From assembly GCF_006345805.1 (NCBI RefSeq), contig NC_043000.1:72850001-72914000 (forward strand): DNA of 64,000 nt, in the 5' to 3' direction. Position 1 is the stretch's first letter. Each line of letters begins with the position of its first letter. Made by a program: the position numbers and the translations under genes. The notes under the pieces were generated by a model, which was given only the letters and a program-made list of their open reading frames with translations, had not been told where the DNA came from and made no database searches. Below, piece by piece: positions 1 through 12,787 of this stretch. The DNA comes from Octopus sinensis (Eukaryota).

Positions 1-3000
1 CAGGTGGGACTACCCACTATATACAAGACCACCACAGCAAACAGACCCAGGATGGACACCGCCCGGCAACAACATACACCTCACCTCGATGCTCCTACTG
101 AACATCAGAGGACTGCAAACACTCAGTAACAGGACAAAAAATCCCGTTCTTGAGAGACTTTGTTGCATGCAATCAAGCCTTATGCATAGCACTTACGGAA
201 ACGCACCTGAAACCGGACATAGCAGATGCGGAGTTACACATACCACAGTATGTTGTACTACGGACCGAAAGAAAAGAAAGGAGTCATGGAGGAGTTGCTA
301 TGTACATCCGTGAGGACCTCACACCCCAGGTCCTCTTGTCATACTCAAACTCGGTGTGTGACACACTAATTGTACATATCAGGCAACTTGATGTAGTTGT
401 GCGTGCTACATATCGCCCTCCAGATGCTCCAAGCCATGTGGGCAAGTTTGAAGACTGCCTTATAAAAATAGAAGAAGTTCTAAGCACATTAGAACAACAC
501 ATAAGTGTACTTCTTATGGGAGACTTCAATCTACCCAATGTCAGATGGCCCGAGGGCCTTTCTCTCCCAGGAATGACAAGATGTGAACGAGGACAGGCGA
601 GGTCCCTCCTGAACCTCATCAACACCCTGTACATGGAGCAAGTAATACTCCAACCAACCAGGGCAGGTAACACACTGGATCTCTGCTTCACAAATAATAT
701 GGATCTCATCCATAATGTGAAAGTGACACCGACACTACTCTCGGATCACAACATGGTAGAGCTGACCAGTACGGGCCAAAAGAGAGCACGGACATGCAGC
801 CTACAAGAAACCCTCAGAATCTTTCCAGCTTGAACTACCATAAGGCAAACTGGAAACAAATTGAGAAAGAGATCCTCAAACAAAACTGGCCTAAATGTCT
901 CTCCTCGCCAGACATCGACGTGAAACTTCAACAATTCATGTCTGTAATGCAAGCCATATGCTACAAATGTGTCCCAGAGAGAAAGGCCACTGTACACAAG
1001 AACAAAATCCCCAGAGAGAGGAAAATTTTAATGAGACAGCGTACAAAAATTTCAAATCGCCTAAACAAACAGATTGAAAGCAGTGAAAAGTCCCGCCTAA
1101 AAATAAAACTGTTGGAAATTGAAAAATGTCTGCAACTCTCCCATGAAAAAGAAAGAGCAGACAAAGAAGCCTGGGCTATAGACAACATAAAATCTAACCC
1201 CAGAGCTTTCTACAGGTATGCCAAAGAAACAGCTACGGTGCACTGTAGAATAGGGCCACTCCTTGAAAAGGATGGCACCTTACAGGAAAACCAATGAGGG
1301 TAAGTGAAATACTGAATGAGAAATTCAAGAGTGTTTTCACTCACCCCTTCGGCATCTCCAAATCACCAATCCAACTGACTTCTTTACCACTGCAGATATA
1401 AAATCAGAGGCGGCGGCGACGATAGATTACATCGATATAAAGGAAGACGATGTAATAAAGGCTATAGATGAAATGAAAACAGACTCAGCTATGGTCCGAT
1501 GGATTCCCGGCAATCCTCCTAAAAGCATGTAAGAGAGTCCTAGCAAGACCACTGCAGTTCCTCTTTCAGAGCTTCCTTCCTTGCAGTGGCAAACTTCCAA
1601 GAAAACTGAAGGAAGGTAAAATATGCCCCATTCATAAAGGAGGTAGCAGAGCGGAGGCCAAGAACTACAGACCTATCTCTCTGGCCTCACACATCAGCAA
1701 GGTCATGGAACGAATAGTCAGAAGGAAACTGATCACCTTCCTTGAAGAAATGACTTGCTGCCCGACACCCAACATGGTTCCGACCAGGGAGAAGCTGTTT
1801 AACTCAGCTCCTACAACACTATGACTGGGTGCTGAAACGGCTGCTCAACCACTCAAATGTGGAAGTGATATATCTCGACTTTGCAAAGGCCTTTGATAAA
1901 GTCGATCATGGAATGATATGTCACTAACTGCGTGATCTCAACATAGTTGGAAAACTGGGAGAATGGCTTCATGACTTTCTGAAAGATAGAAGTCAGGTGG
2001 TGTAGCCAATGGGGCCACTTCCATTAACACGCAAATAGTGAGCGGTGTTCCGCAGGGCACTGTTCTGGGACCACTACTGTTCATAATGGCCCTCTCAGAC
2101 ATGCCCTCAGCCATGCAGAGAGCCACGATCACAAGTTATGCAGATGATACAAAAGTTTCACAGGCAATACAGAACCTGAGGACACTAAACGCCTGCGATG
2201 TGAGCTGGACAAAATATACAAGTGGGCTGAAAAGAATAGCATGCAGTTCAATGCTGAAAAGTTTCAAGCTTTATACTATCAGCATGCAAAACTAAATGCA
2301 ATACCCAATGAATACACTGGACCCGGAGGAATAGCAATCCCAGAGGCACAATCAGTGCGTGACCTGGGTATTTACATGAGTGATGACGCAACCTTTCATG
2401 TACATGTTGCTAAATTTGCAATGAATGTAGACGACTGGCCGGATGGATTCTCAGAACCTTTAGAACAGAGAACAAGAAACCATGATGGTCCTCTGGAGGA
2501 CCTTGTCCTAAGCCACTTTGACTATTGCTCTCAGTTATGGTCACCATCCAGTGTCAAGTTGATCACAGAGCTCGAGGCGATCCAGCGTAGCTACACGAAG
2601 AAGATAGCCTCTATGCAGAATGTAAGCTACTGGGAAAGACTCAAGAGATTAAAACTATATTCCTTGGAGCGTAGGCGGGAAAGATATGCCATAATATACA
2701 TCTGGAAGATCCTGGAGGGACGTGTCCCAAACTTTGGCATCGAGAGTTACACAAATGCCAGAACTGGGCGCCAATGCATGGTGCCTAGGACTCCAAATTT
2801 GCCATCAAGATGTAGGACAAGATACTGTGATAGCCTGGGCTTCTGAGGCCCACAGCTCTTCAATATCCTCCCGAAGAACCTAAGAGACCTGCATGGGGTG
2901 GATGCAGATGTCTTTAAAATGAAACTGGATCTCTTCCTGTCAGGTGTCCCAGATGAACCAACTTCACGGCAGGAGGTGCAGATGAGGGCAGCTGCATCGA

Positions 3001-3031
3001 ACTCTCTCATGCACCAAATGGCAGTTGCTAA
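1..3031 (+). mobile_element. CR1-group LINE ORF2 (APE endonuclease + reverse transcriptase), frameshifted; starts before window, 3' tail missing
   Basis: APE motifs LLLNIRGL, ALTETHL, GDFNLP, SDHNMV; RT motifs YRPISL, YLDFAKAFDKVDH, SGVPQGTVLGPLLF, YADDTK; C-terminal DYCSQLWSP/YWERLKRLKLYSLERRRER; colinear with the copy at 55257-58287. Confidence 0.92.
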
Positions 3032-3138
3032 ATGGCGATTTATTTATTTATTTATTTATTTACTTTATATTAAAATTTTTTATGTATTGATTAAGTCTTT
3101 CCTTGTTTGATTTGCAAAATAGTGGTTTTACTCTCTAA

Positions 3139-3143
<5 letters not shown>

Positions 3144-3181
<38 letters not shown>

Positions 3182-3297
3182 ATATAATATATATGTATAT
3201 ATATGTATATATATATGTATATATATGTATATATATATGTATATATATGTATATATATGTATATATATATATATGTTATATATATGTATATATATGC

Positions 3298-3334
<37 letters not shown>

Positions 3335-3386
3335 AATATGTATATATATATATATATATATATACATACACACACACACACACATA

Positions 3387-3420
<34 letters not shown>
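3144..3420. repeat. (TA)n/(CA)n compound microsatellite
   Basis: Seen directly. Confidence 0.97.
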
Positions 3421-3421
<1 letters not shown>

Positions 3422-3603
3422 AGAATTTTTTGCGTAATGAGATAAAAAATCAAGAACATTTATAGATAGGTCTTACAGCTATTTCCAGGATATTTATTAA
3501 GTATATCCCTTCATCGGAGACGGTGTATACTTAACCATCCTCTCACATATGTCCTAATATCTACACACCCTTGGATTTTTATCTCATTATGCAAAAAATT
3601 CTT
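3421..3603 (-). mobile_element. Short Penelope pLTR-like remnant with 28-bp inverted ends and a hammerhead motif
   Basis: aagaattttttgcgtaatgagataaaaa (3421-3448) vs tttttatctcattatgcaaaaaattctt (3576-3603), 1 mismatch; hammerhead core inside; flanked by TA repeats. Confidence 0.5.
3469..3520 (-). ncRNA. Type I minimal hammerhead ribozyme candidate (degenerate)
   Basis: Minus strand: TCT CCGATGA AGGGATAT..ATATCCTG GAAA TAGCTG TA AGA; helix II, near-palindromic helix III (ATAGCTGT), GUA triplet, 3-bp helix I. Confidence 0.55.
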
Positions 3604-3641
3604 ATATACACATGCTGACATTTGACCAATGTTTAACTCCT

Positions 3642-3761
3642 TATTTGCAAAATTACTGAACCTGGAATTTAACTAGGGTCTGTCTACAGCACTTATTCAG
3701 CATCACCTGACACCTTTGGGTCTCAATGACACCATTACCTCTTATAACCTATATATATATA

Positions 3762-3812
<51 letters not shown>

Positions 3813-4174
3813 ATATATATATATTGACTCTAAGGGGAGTGATATAGTAGTGGGCGAATGGTCAGTTAGTGGCAGTCCTAAGCTACATGCTCTAAGTCCA
3901 ATAAGTCTGTATTTGCAAAATTACTGAACCTGGAATTTAACTAGGGTCTGTCTACAGCACTTATTCAGCATCACCTGACACCTTTGGGTCTCAATGACAC
4001 CATTACCTCTTATAACCTATATATATATATGTGTGTGTGTGTATATATATATATAATATATATATGTGTGTGTGTGTATATATATATATTGACTCTAAGG
4101 GGAGTGATATAGTAGTGGGCGAATGGTCAGTTAGTGGCAGTCCTAAGCTACATGCTCTAAGTCCAATAAGTCTG
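3642..4174. repeat. Tandem duplication of a ~268-bp unit (3642-3909, 3910-4174)
   Basis: Copies identical by eye except inside the internal TA/TG microsatellite. Confidence 0.92.
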
Positions 4175-4225
4175 TATGTACGTGTGTGTCTACATACTTA
4201 TCTACTCTCACATATATAAATGAGT

Positions 4226-5036
4226 CTATTTCCCAACTACATGCACCTTTTTCTGTATATGTTTACACGAGTATATCAGAATATATTGTGTTGTTTTTTG
4301 TTTCTCTTCTTGACTTTTCATTTCTTCTACTGATTTTTCTATCTTTGCCATTTGTTCCTCTTCTCCCTTTTCTTGTGGTTCTTTTTGGTGTTCTTTTTGA
4401 GGAGGGGTTTCACTCTTTTTTTTTGTTTTGCATTGAAAGCAGACATGGTTCTTTTCACCATACTTAAAGCAGTATGGCCTATGCGCCTGAACTGCAAGTC
4501 TCACACTCAGCCCCTCCCCTATAATTACCCTATCAGGCAGCCCTTCCAATACTTCAGGTGAGGCCTGGACCACAATCTCAAGGGTCTGTCTCTTCCAATA
4601 TTCAGCCTCCTTCTTAATCTGCAATATCACCATTTTCTCCTCCATATGTTACAGCTGCTGCTGCTATCTAGATGACATCGTGCCCTGCAGGTATCTCTTC
4701 TGTAATTTTTGCCATTCGTCTACCCAAATATGTGGGCAGTAAGATTATTTACTCATTTTTTAAAGTCCTTGTAGATAACTCCTTCGCTGTGTTCTCGTTA
4801 GCAAACTGCACCTCCACTGTGGTGCTCCTTGTATCACATCCAATATATACAGTCTTACAATCTTATTCCAAATCAGTGCCAAACACCTTTCAATTATTTC
4901 ACTTTTGCTAGTCATAATCTTTTTTCTCTTACATTATAAGTTTTGTAAACTACCATTTTTGCCACTAAATTCTGAACAGTTTCCTGCAGGGGTAGTAAAT
5001 TTGTATCATTTCTGTTTTTCTTCACTAAATTTTGAT
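4226..5036 (-). mobile_element. L1/Tx1-like ORF1 remnant, interrupted by the RTE at 5049-8458 and probably continuing at 8471-8760
   Basis: Decayed CCHC knuckle CFKYGEKNHVCFQC; LEIVVQASPEVLE resembles LKMLIQAAPADLE in ORF1 of the element at 37544-42235. Confidence 0.6.
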
Positions 5037-5048
5037 ACTTTAATAATT

Positions 5049-8000
5049 ACTTACTTGTACTTGTGGTGACATTCACCCTGGGCGGGTAGAGTCGGCTTCT
5101 TCTACCACCCTCGAGGCATCTCAAACCATGGCAGCCCACGCACGACGGTCCTGCACCAGTTCACTGGAGATAGCGAGCCAGTCATGGTTCCATCAGCGCA
5201 GGCCAACCACCTGCGGTCCCGTGAGCATGGAGAGGTCCACCTTGATCGTCGTAACCCAGGTCTTCAGCTGCCTGCCTGCACGTTTCTGCCAGTTGGGAAG
5301 TGGAGCTGGGAGAAGGACATCACGGCTCAGTTCACCCACCTGACGCCTACATGCATGACCAAACCACTGCAAGCACCGTTGCAGAAGGACAGATGGAAGG
5401 GGCCGCAGAGACAGGTGAAGCCGGAAATTGGTGGTGGGAACTCGATCCACCCGACGGCAGCGAAGAATGCACCGGAGGCAGTCATTGTCGAAGACTTCCA
5501 GCCTTCGTTGATCGACCACCCGCATAGGCCACGTTTCACAGCCATAGAGAAGTACTGTACGAATGATGGCCTGATATATTCGCCCTTTGGTCACCAATGA
5601 CATCTCCCTTCAGTCCCACAGACACCGCTTTAGGCGTCCAAAGGCAGATCGAGCAGCATTGATGCGATGATCAACCTCGACTGCACCCTGACCGTTTGGG
5701 ATCACCATTAAGCACAAATAGATGTAAGACTCCACATCCTCCAGGTCCTCACCCGCGAGAGATATTGGCTGCCAGATGTCAGTCGGAACCAACGACCTCA
5801 TCACCTTCAACTTGGTGGCATAGATTCAGAGACCAACCGCGGCTGCTGCCGTTTGAACCTCTTCAAGAGCCGCTTGAACATCCTCCCTGCTTGCACCCAT
5901 CAGTACGCTGTCATCCACATAGGCCAGGTCCGTCACCGCGACTCCTCTCCCAACCTCTACGCCCCAATAGTCCCAGAGCATGGTGTTGAGAACGTAGTCA
6001 ATGGCATAGTTGAAGAGGGTTGACGACAGTGCGCACCCCTTCCACACACCTGTCCCAACATCAAACGGCGCCATCTTCTCACCATAAACCCTGACGCATG
6101 CTCAAGTCGATCGGTAGTAGCCTTGTATGAGGCGGAGCAGCTTCTCTGGGATACCGTCCTCCTGCATTATGTGCCACAGGGCCTCCCAACCTACCAAATC
6201 AAAGGCAGCAGCGAAGTTGATGAAGCATAGAACAGTAGGCTGCTGGTACACCCACTGTAGTTCCAGAACATGCTGGAGGTTGAGGATTTGATTGACACAC
6301 CCTCTTCCCGGACGGAAGCCACCCTGAGAAGGGCGGGTATGGACATCACGGACGGTCTGGAACCTCTTCAGCAGAAGAATTGCGAAGGATTTGGCAGCAA
6401 CATCGATAAGGCTGATGCCCCTATAGTTTGAGCACAGCTTTTTGTCCCCTTTTTTGAAGAATGGCAGGAGGGTTGCATCACTCCAGTCCTCAGGGAAGCG
6501 CTCTGTCGCCCACACTGCATAGAAGACTCGATGGAGCCAGGATGCAAAGACATCTGGCTCGGCTTTGTACACCTCTGCTGGAATACCGTCTTCACCTGGC
6601 GCTTTGTTGTTCCGGAGATGGGTCAGGACACTGCGTGCCTCCTCAACCGTTGGAGGGGCAGTGCTGCATCCATAGTCATCCCCAGTTGGCTGCACGAAGG
6701 TTTGTGAAGATGGTGGCGGATGGTTGAGTAGCTCGGAGAAGTGGTCCCGCCATTGATCCAGCCGGTCACTAAGATTCGTAATGACCGCGCCAGTCCGATC
6801 ACGGATCGTCTCACTGATACCCGTATTGCCTTGACTGGCCTGTTTCACCAGCTGGTAGAGTTTGCGCGAGTCACCACAGGCTGCTGCCCCTTCCATCTGC
6901 TCTGCAAATGCACGCCAGTGTGCATTCTGATCAGCCCGGATGGCCCTCGAGGCGCGTCGTAGCAGATCTCAAATATTTGGTGCACCCTTCAGTCGTCACC
7001 AAAGTCCATCCTCTCCTCACTGTGGTGGGGGATGCTGGCAACGGGTAGTGTCAGAACTATGCCGTCGGGAACTTCAGTTCCTGGTAGGGCCGCCCAAGGC
7101 AGATTGGTCTGACACTGAGTTGTTTTAGGGCCACAACCCGGCAGACGGGGCTCTGGTGAAAATCCTCGGAGTGTCTGTTTCGGCAACCAGTGGCTCCTCA
7201 GTCATTCTGTCCCTGCGTCTGTGGACAATCTGTGGCAAACAGGATGTCTCTACATGCCGGATTGTTGGGGACCGCTTGTGAAATCCACATATTCCCACGA
7301 AACTTCTTCCATGAATTCTCAATGGCGAACACTCACTCAACTACTACTACTGCTGCTACTGCTACTTCATGTACTACACAAATCTACCCAAACCCTGCTA
7401 TTGCTCTTTCGCTATTTCGGCGTAGAAAGGACCTGAGAGAAGCATGCTGGAACTTCATGCCGACGGTGTCCAGGCATTTACGATGAAGGCTCTGCACAGT
7501 TACCACATGGCCGTTGCTTGTCTTTCAGAGGTGCGTCTTGCAGACGTCTGCCATCTTCCGATCAAAGTCCCCGGCGAAGAATTTACCTACCATCTGTATC
7601 ACAGTGGTGTGACTGATAACAGTGGCCTCCATGGGGTGGCTATAGCACTCAGCCCTGACGTGCAAGCGGCTTTGCTTGCGTGGCAGCCAATCTCGCATCA
7701 ACTCGCACTGGTTCAATTGAAGGGTCAAATCTCCAACGTCAGCATCATCGCTGTGTATGCTCCCACTCTCAATGCAGACGATGCGGACAAGACGCAGTTC
7801 TACACAGATCTTCAGGCGGCAGTGGATGATGTTCCTGCCAGTGATGTTCTCATTGTTGATGGGGACTGGAACACTCGGACTGGACCTGCTGACGATACAA
7901 CATGGCACATTCTGGGACGCTTTGCCCTAGGTGCTTGCTGTGACAATGGTGAACGGCTCATGCCTTTTGTGGAGGCTAATCGTCTTATCGTCACCAACAC

Positions 8001-8458
8001 TCACTTTCAGCATCCACAACGTCTTCTCATCACGTGGCGTTCCAATGATGAGAGAACGGCCAATCAGATCGATTACATCCTGGTCAGATCGCGGTGGGCC
8101 AGCTCGGTGATGGACTCACGGATGTTCCGGGGAAGATGACACGGGCATTGAGCATGGATCAGACCATACTCTTTTTCGGGCGACCCTCCATTTCAGGCTG
8201 CAAGCAAGACCTCCTCCTACGCGTCAGAAGATCGATGTCTCGCGTCTCAAACTTGAGGCTGGGAACCATTTTCGGCTTGAGCTCAGAAACCGATTCCTAG
8301 TGCTTGGCGACGAGTTGGTTCAACAATCGGAGCAAGAATGGAGCGCACTCAAGACGGCGACGACTGAGGTGGCCGGGAAGCATCTTGTGTCCACCAGACA
8401 GCGCCATCGGGACTGGATCTCCGGCAACACTCTTGAACTCACTGAGAGGGCAAGAGTG
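5049..8458 (-). mobile_element. Near full-length RTE LINE with 5' inversion (RT half on -, 5049-6999; 5' UTR + APE half on +, 7000-8458), 12-bp TSD
   Basis: TSD actttaataatt at 5037-5048 and 8459-8470; minus-strand RT motifs KAPGEDGIP, NYRGISL, LLYGCETW; plus-strand APE motifs CLSEVR, VYAPT, GDWN, QIDYILV; tail ...caagtacaagtaagt; GC-rich relative to flanks. Confidence 0.9.
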
Positions 8459-9099
8459 ACTTTAATAATTCCGCCATCATTATCTCTATCATATTCCCAC
8501 CTACGGCAGCCAAAAAGCTGGGTTTCTCCTTAGACACTTGCTTTGCACTATCAGCTTTTTTTCTGGTGCCTTCTTTATCTCTGGGAAATCCTCCCTGAAC
8601 ATGATGTTAAATTCCACTACAAAATGAATTCCTTCAAAAGGAATTGAAAACAAATCCTTTTTTTTTTTACAAAAAAAATTTTTGCCAAAATATGACAAAA
8701 ATAATATTTTTTGCCTTGCAAAGGGTAAAAATTCACAGAGTTCAAAAGTTCAACAGTAGTTTTTTCCAATAATAAAAAAATTCACAATTTTCTGCCCCAT
8801 AGGGCAAAAATTACTGTTAACAAATTGATAACAGTTTAAATTTTAACAAAAACCAGTATTGCAATAACAAATAAACATGGAAATAACGCTATTTGAACTC
8901 ACAAACAAGTAGCAGCCAACACCAAAATGTAGCTAAGTGATGATTCTTTATTACTAATATTTACATTCAAAACATAGAAGGGACAAAACAGAACATTACA
9001 AAACACTTAATGATGGTTGGTGAGCTTATTTGATGACATTTTGTTTTAAAATATTTTATATATATATATATATATATACAATTAAAAATTTCAAAAATC

Positions 9100-9502
9100 A
9101 CTGACATCATCAGCCAATGTAGAAACAGACTTACCACATCCAATTTCATTAGGGATGCCCCCTCCCCGAATTCTCCAACCTCCACAGAGGCAGCACATAC
9201 AGAAGCAGAGACAGGGGGCACCCTTGACAAACTGATTGCTTGATCTCAAACGGAACCGACAGGTTTACCTGGACTGTTGATTTAATGCTGCCATAAATAG
9301 CAGTGATCCAGCCTCGGAAGCCCGGGCCTAGCCCAGCCACCTCGAGGACCACCGCCAGATACTGGTAGTCTACCTTATCAAAAGCTTTACTTTGGTTTAA
9401 ATGGACTAATGCCCCAACTTTGCCAGATAATTTACCAACTCTGTCTAATGTGTAGCACAAGAGATGAAGGTTGTCCTGGATTGACCTTAGCAGAATTTGC
9501 AC
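9100..9502 (-). mobile_element. L1/Tx1-like RT fragment
   Basis: RSIQDNLHL..QSKAFDKVD..QGCPLS; same family as 40327-40671. Confidence 0.8.
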
Positions 9503-9837
9503 TCAGAATATAAAGAACAAAGAAAGGCTGCAAGGCATTTTATCTGATGCACAAATAATACTGTCGATCTATCTCTACCCTTTAATTTTTTATACATTAT
9601 TAATACATGTGAGTGATGTATTCCCCAAAAATAGACAATAAGAATAGATTATTTCAAAGTTTTCTTGTATGAAATGTTTTTGCTGACAATGATTATAAAT
9701 GCTATCTCATAAAAGCTGATTCTTGATACTGCTTTTTAAATTTTATTTTAAATATTTTGATATAATTTGCTATTTTCTTGATACATATCATGTACTTTTT
9801 TTATTATATAATATCAATTCAAATTTGTCTTAATTAG

Positions 9838-9938
9838 TTTGGAAAGATCCTGACATTGTGTTAGTCCATGATGCAGTCCGCCCATTAATTAATGAATCCA
9901 TCATCCAACAAGTTGCAGTTGCAGCTAAGAAATATGGC
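9838..9938 (+). CDS. CRPPA: CRPPA/ISPD internal exon A: WKDPDIVLVHDAVRPLINESIIQQVAVAAKKYG
   Basis: IspD-family HDAVRP signature; ttag acceptor, gtatgt donor; phase 1 to phase 0. Confidence 0.93.
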
Positions 9939-10301
9939 GTATGTATTTACAATTTGTATGTTTACAATATTTTCTGCTGAAACTATTTTATTTCATATCT
10001 AATTAAAACACACCGCCATTTTCAATTCTTACTAAGTTTTTTTTTTAATTTGTAATTTAAACATTGTAATTAGACCAAATTATTTTGAAGTAAATGTTAG
10101 AAAACACAGTTAATATATGGAAAACTAAAATGTTTTCTTATGATACAATTATGTTTTTCTCATTTTAAATCCTGACTCAACCAACTATCTTAAGGTTTTG
10201 AAAATAGCCATTAATTTCAATGAGTTCTTTTGAGTCCTGGTTATTTTATAATATCTGTCTTTGGTATTAGACTTTATGCCTATTTCTTTTACTCTGTAGA
10301 G

Positions 10302-12079
10302 CAGGTGTGGGAAATTCATTTGGCCATATTCATGTGTAGTGGATGAGATTTCATGGGCTTGGTAGGAAAAATATTTTTAAAGACCCTATTCACTATGTGC
10401 AGTGTGAATGAATAAAGGAGTCCATATGCATTTTAACAACTTTATTAATAATAAAAATAAAAAGGATATGTGGTGTTAGCAAAGTTTGTGTGTGCAGAAA
10501 AGTGTGGAAAAATTCCATCTATGTGGTATACATAATACAGGCTTATTAAGTAACAGTTCTTGGAATAAGTACATCATCATCATCATCATTTAACGTCCGT
10601 TTTCCATGCTGGCATGGGTTAGACAGTTTGACTGAGGACTGGTGAGCCAGAGGCTGCACCAGGCTCAATCTGGTCTGGCAAAGTTTCTACAGCTGGATGT
10701 CCTTCCTAACGCCAAACACTCCAAGAGTGTAGTGGGTGCTTTTTACATGCCAAAGGCATGAGGACTAGTCAGGCGGTTCTGGCAACGACCATGCTCACGT
10801 TCAAAAGGTATTTTTACATGCTACATGCACAGGAGACAGTCCGGTAGCACTGGCAACGACCATGCTTGAATGTTGATTTTCACATGCCACCGACATGTGC
10901 TGGTAAGGCGACACTGGCAACAACCATGCTCAAATGGTGTTTTTCATGTGTCAGCGGCACAGGAGCCAGTCCGTGGCCTTGGCAGCAATCACGCTCGGAT
11001 GTGCTTTTAGCATTCTACTGGCACAAGGTGGTACTGTCATCAGCCACATCAGCAATTTTAATTTGTTTACACTTGCCTCACTGGATCTTCATAAGCAAAG
11101 TTCATTGTACAATGAATGCAGGGTACTTGTGGCCTGGTTACACCCCACGTTTGGATGTGCTTTTAACGTTCCACTGGCACGAGTGCCAATCAGGTGGTAC
11201 TGTTGTCAGCCACGTCAGCAATTTTGATTTTGATTTCACTTGCCTCAATAGGTCTTCACAAGCAAGGTTTGTTGTCCAGTGAATGAGGGATATTCATAAA
11301 TGGGCTGGTTACACCCACTGGCATAGGCCATAGGCTATGGTCTCACTTGGCTTGTCGGGTCTTCTCAAGTACAGCATTTCTCCAAAGGTCTCGGTCACTA
11401 GTAATTCCCTCAGTTAGGCCCAATGTTCAAAGGTCGTGCTTCACCACCTCATCCCAGGTTTTCCTGGGTCTACCTCTTCCATTGATTCCCTCAACTACTA
11501 GGGTGTGACACTTTTTCACACAGCTATCCTCATTCATTTGCAACACATGACCATACCAGCACAGTTGTCTCTCTTGCACACTACATCTGATGCTTCTTAG
11601 AAATAGAAATTATCCAAATAAATGCATACAATCTTTAAGAAAACCAATGCTTGATAGAATATTTGTTTTGTTTCAACAGCAAAAACTTTTAATATCATTC
11701 ATATCACTTGAATTTGCCAAGATGAACCAGCCAGTGTATAAATTTGGAAAGACAAAAAAATTTTTTGGGGCTTGGTGTTTATAAAGAAAGTAAAGTAGAA
11801 ACAGGTCACATGTTTTAGAATGTGAATTTATAAGCTGTTTTTAATTCATTGAAATAACAAAAAAATTACCTAAGATGCACTCATTTGACTAATTAGAACC
11901 TATGTTAATCAAAACTCTAGTCAGGTTCCAACTCTGCATACTAGTAATATGTATTCTGCAGCAGATTTAAAAAATTTTTTAATAATAATTCTTTTTTTTT
12001 AATAAAATTGAGCCAGGGGCCAGACCAAACATTGCTGTAGGCTGGATCTGGCCCATGAGCTATGTGCTTGACACCTCTG
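10302..12079. mobile_element. Non-autonomous hAT (Charlie/Buster-type) element with nested RTE fragment
   Basis: CAG...CTG ends (caggtgtg / gacacctctg), 8-bp TSD ctgtagag/ctgtagaa with central TA, subterminal ggccagac/tctggccc motifs. Confidence 0.7.
10572..11600 (-). mobile_element. RTE family A 3' fragment with (GAT)n tail and 3' UTR repeat array
   Basis: catcatcatttaacgtccgttttccatgctggcatggg end shared with other copies; ORF2 end GRGRPRKTWDEVVKHDL. Confidence 0.85.
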
Positions 12080-12407
12080 CTGTAGAATATGCTATTTGAA
12101 AACCAATTTTTATTAAAATGTCAAAATATGGTCAATTAAGATTGTTGTTGTTAACATTTATCTCTAGATCTCTAGTTGAGATCATTCCATCTTTTAGGGT
12201 TATCTATGACCACATTATTTAATGTATCCTTACCTACATTTTAAGTTGGTATGTCATGATTTGAAAAAAATAGCTGCTATTTCTAGTAGGTTTAGCTGCC
12301 ATAGAGATGTTCCATCAATCTTATAAAAGATGTTGCCATACATTTAATCTACACCTCATTACAGTAATCCATAAAATGAAATATCTATTTTTAAAACTGT
12401 AGAAACA

Positions 12408-12534
12408 CTGTAGAAACATTGCCAAATTAGACTGGAGCCTGGTGCAGCCTTCTGGCTTCCCAGAACCCCGGTCGAACCGTCCAACTCATGCTAGCATGGA
12501 GAACGGACGTTAAACGACGATGATGATGATGATG
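12408..12534 (+). mobile_element. Very short RTE family A / SINE-tail 3' end
   Basis: ctgtagaaacattgcc...gcatggagaacggacgttaaacgacgatgatgatg. Confidence 0.8.
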
Positions 12535-12637
12535 AAAACAAATAGTGTCCTTTTAAATGCATTTTGAATATGAAAATGTAAAATTGTTCACAAAACATTT
12601 TAAAATTTTGAAATATTTATTGTTTTCTATCATACAG

Positions 12638-12787
12638 GCTGCTGGAATAGTGAATCCCCTCACATCAAACATAATTTCTGTTAATTCTGACAGCTTCCCC
12701 TCTGAGTTTCTTGACAGAAATCTTTACCATGCCAGCGAGATGCCTCAAGGATTCAAATTTGACTTTCTAAAGAAATCATATGAAATG
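12638..12787 (+). CDS. CRPPA: CRPPA/ISPD exon B (150 bp): AAGIVNPLTSNIISVNSDSFPSEFLDRNLYHASEMPQGFKFDFLKKSYEM
   Basis: cag acceptor, gtaaac donor, phase 0/0; ASEMPQ motif as in animal ISPD. Confidence 0.93.

Noticed and set aside
3145-3465. Tyr/Ile-rich ORFs (also 44679-45527, 60315-60519)
   Set aside because: Translations of microsatellites
9838-9938. Bacterial ispD / MEP-pathway gene transfer
   Set aside because: Spliceosomal introns and animal-type motifs (ASEMPQ, GTECL) indicate the native CRPPA orthologue
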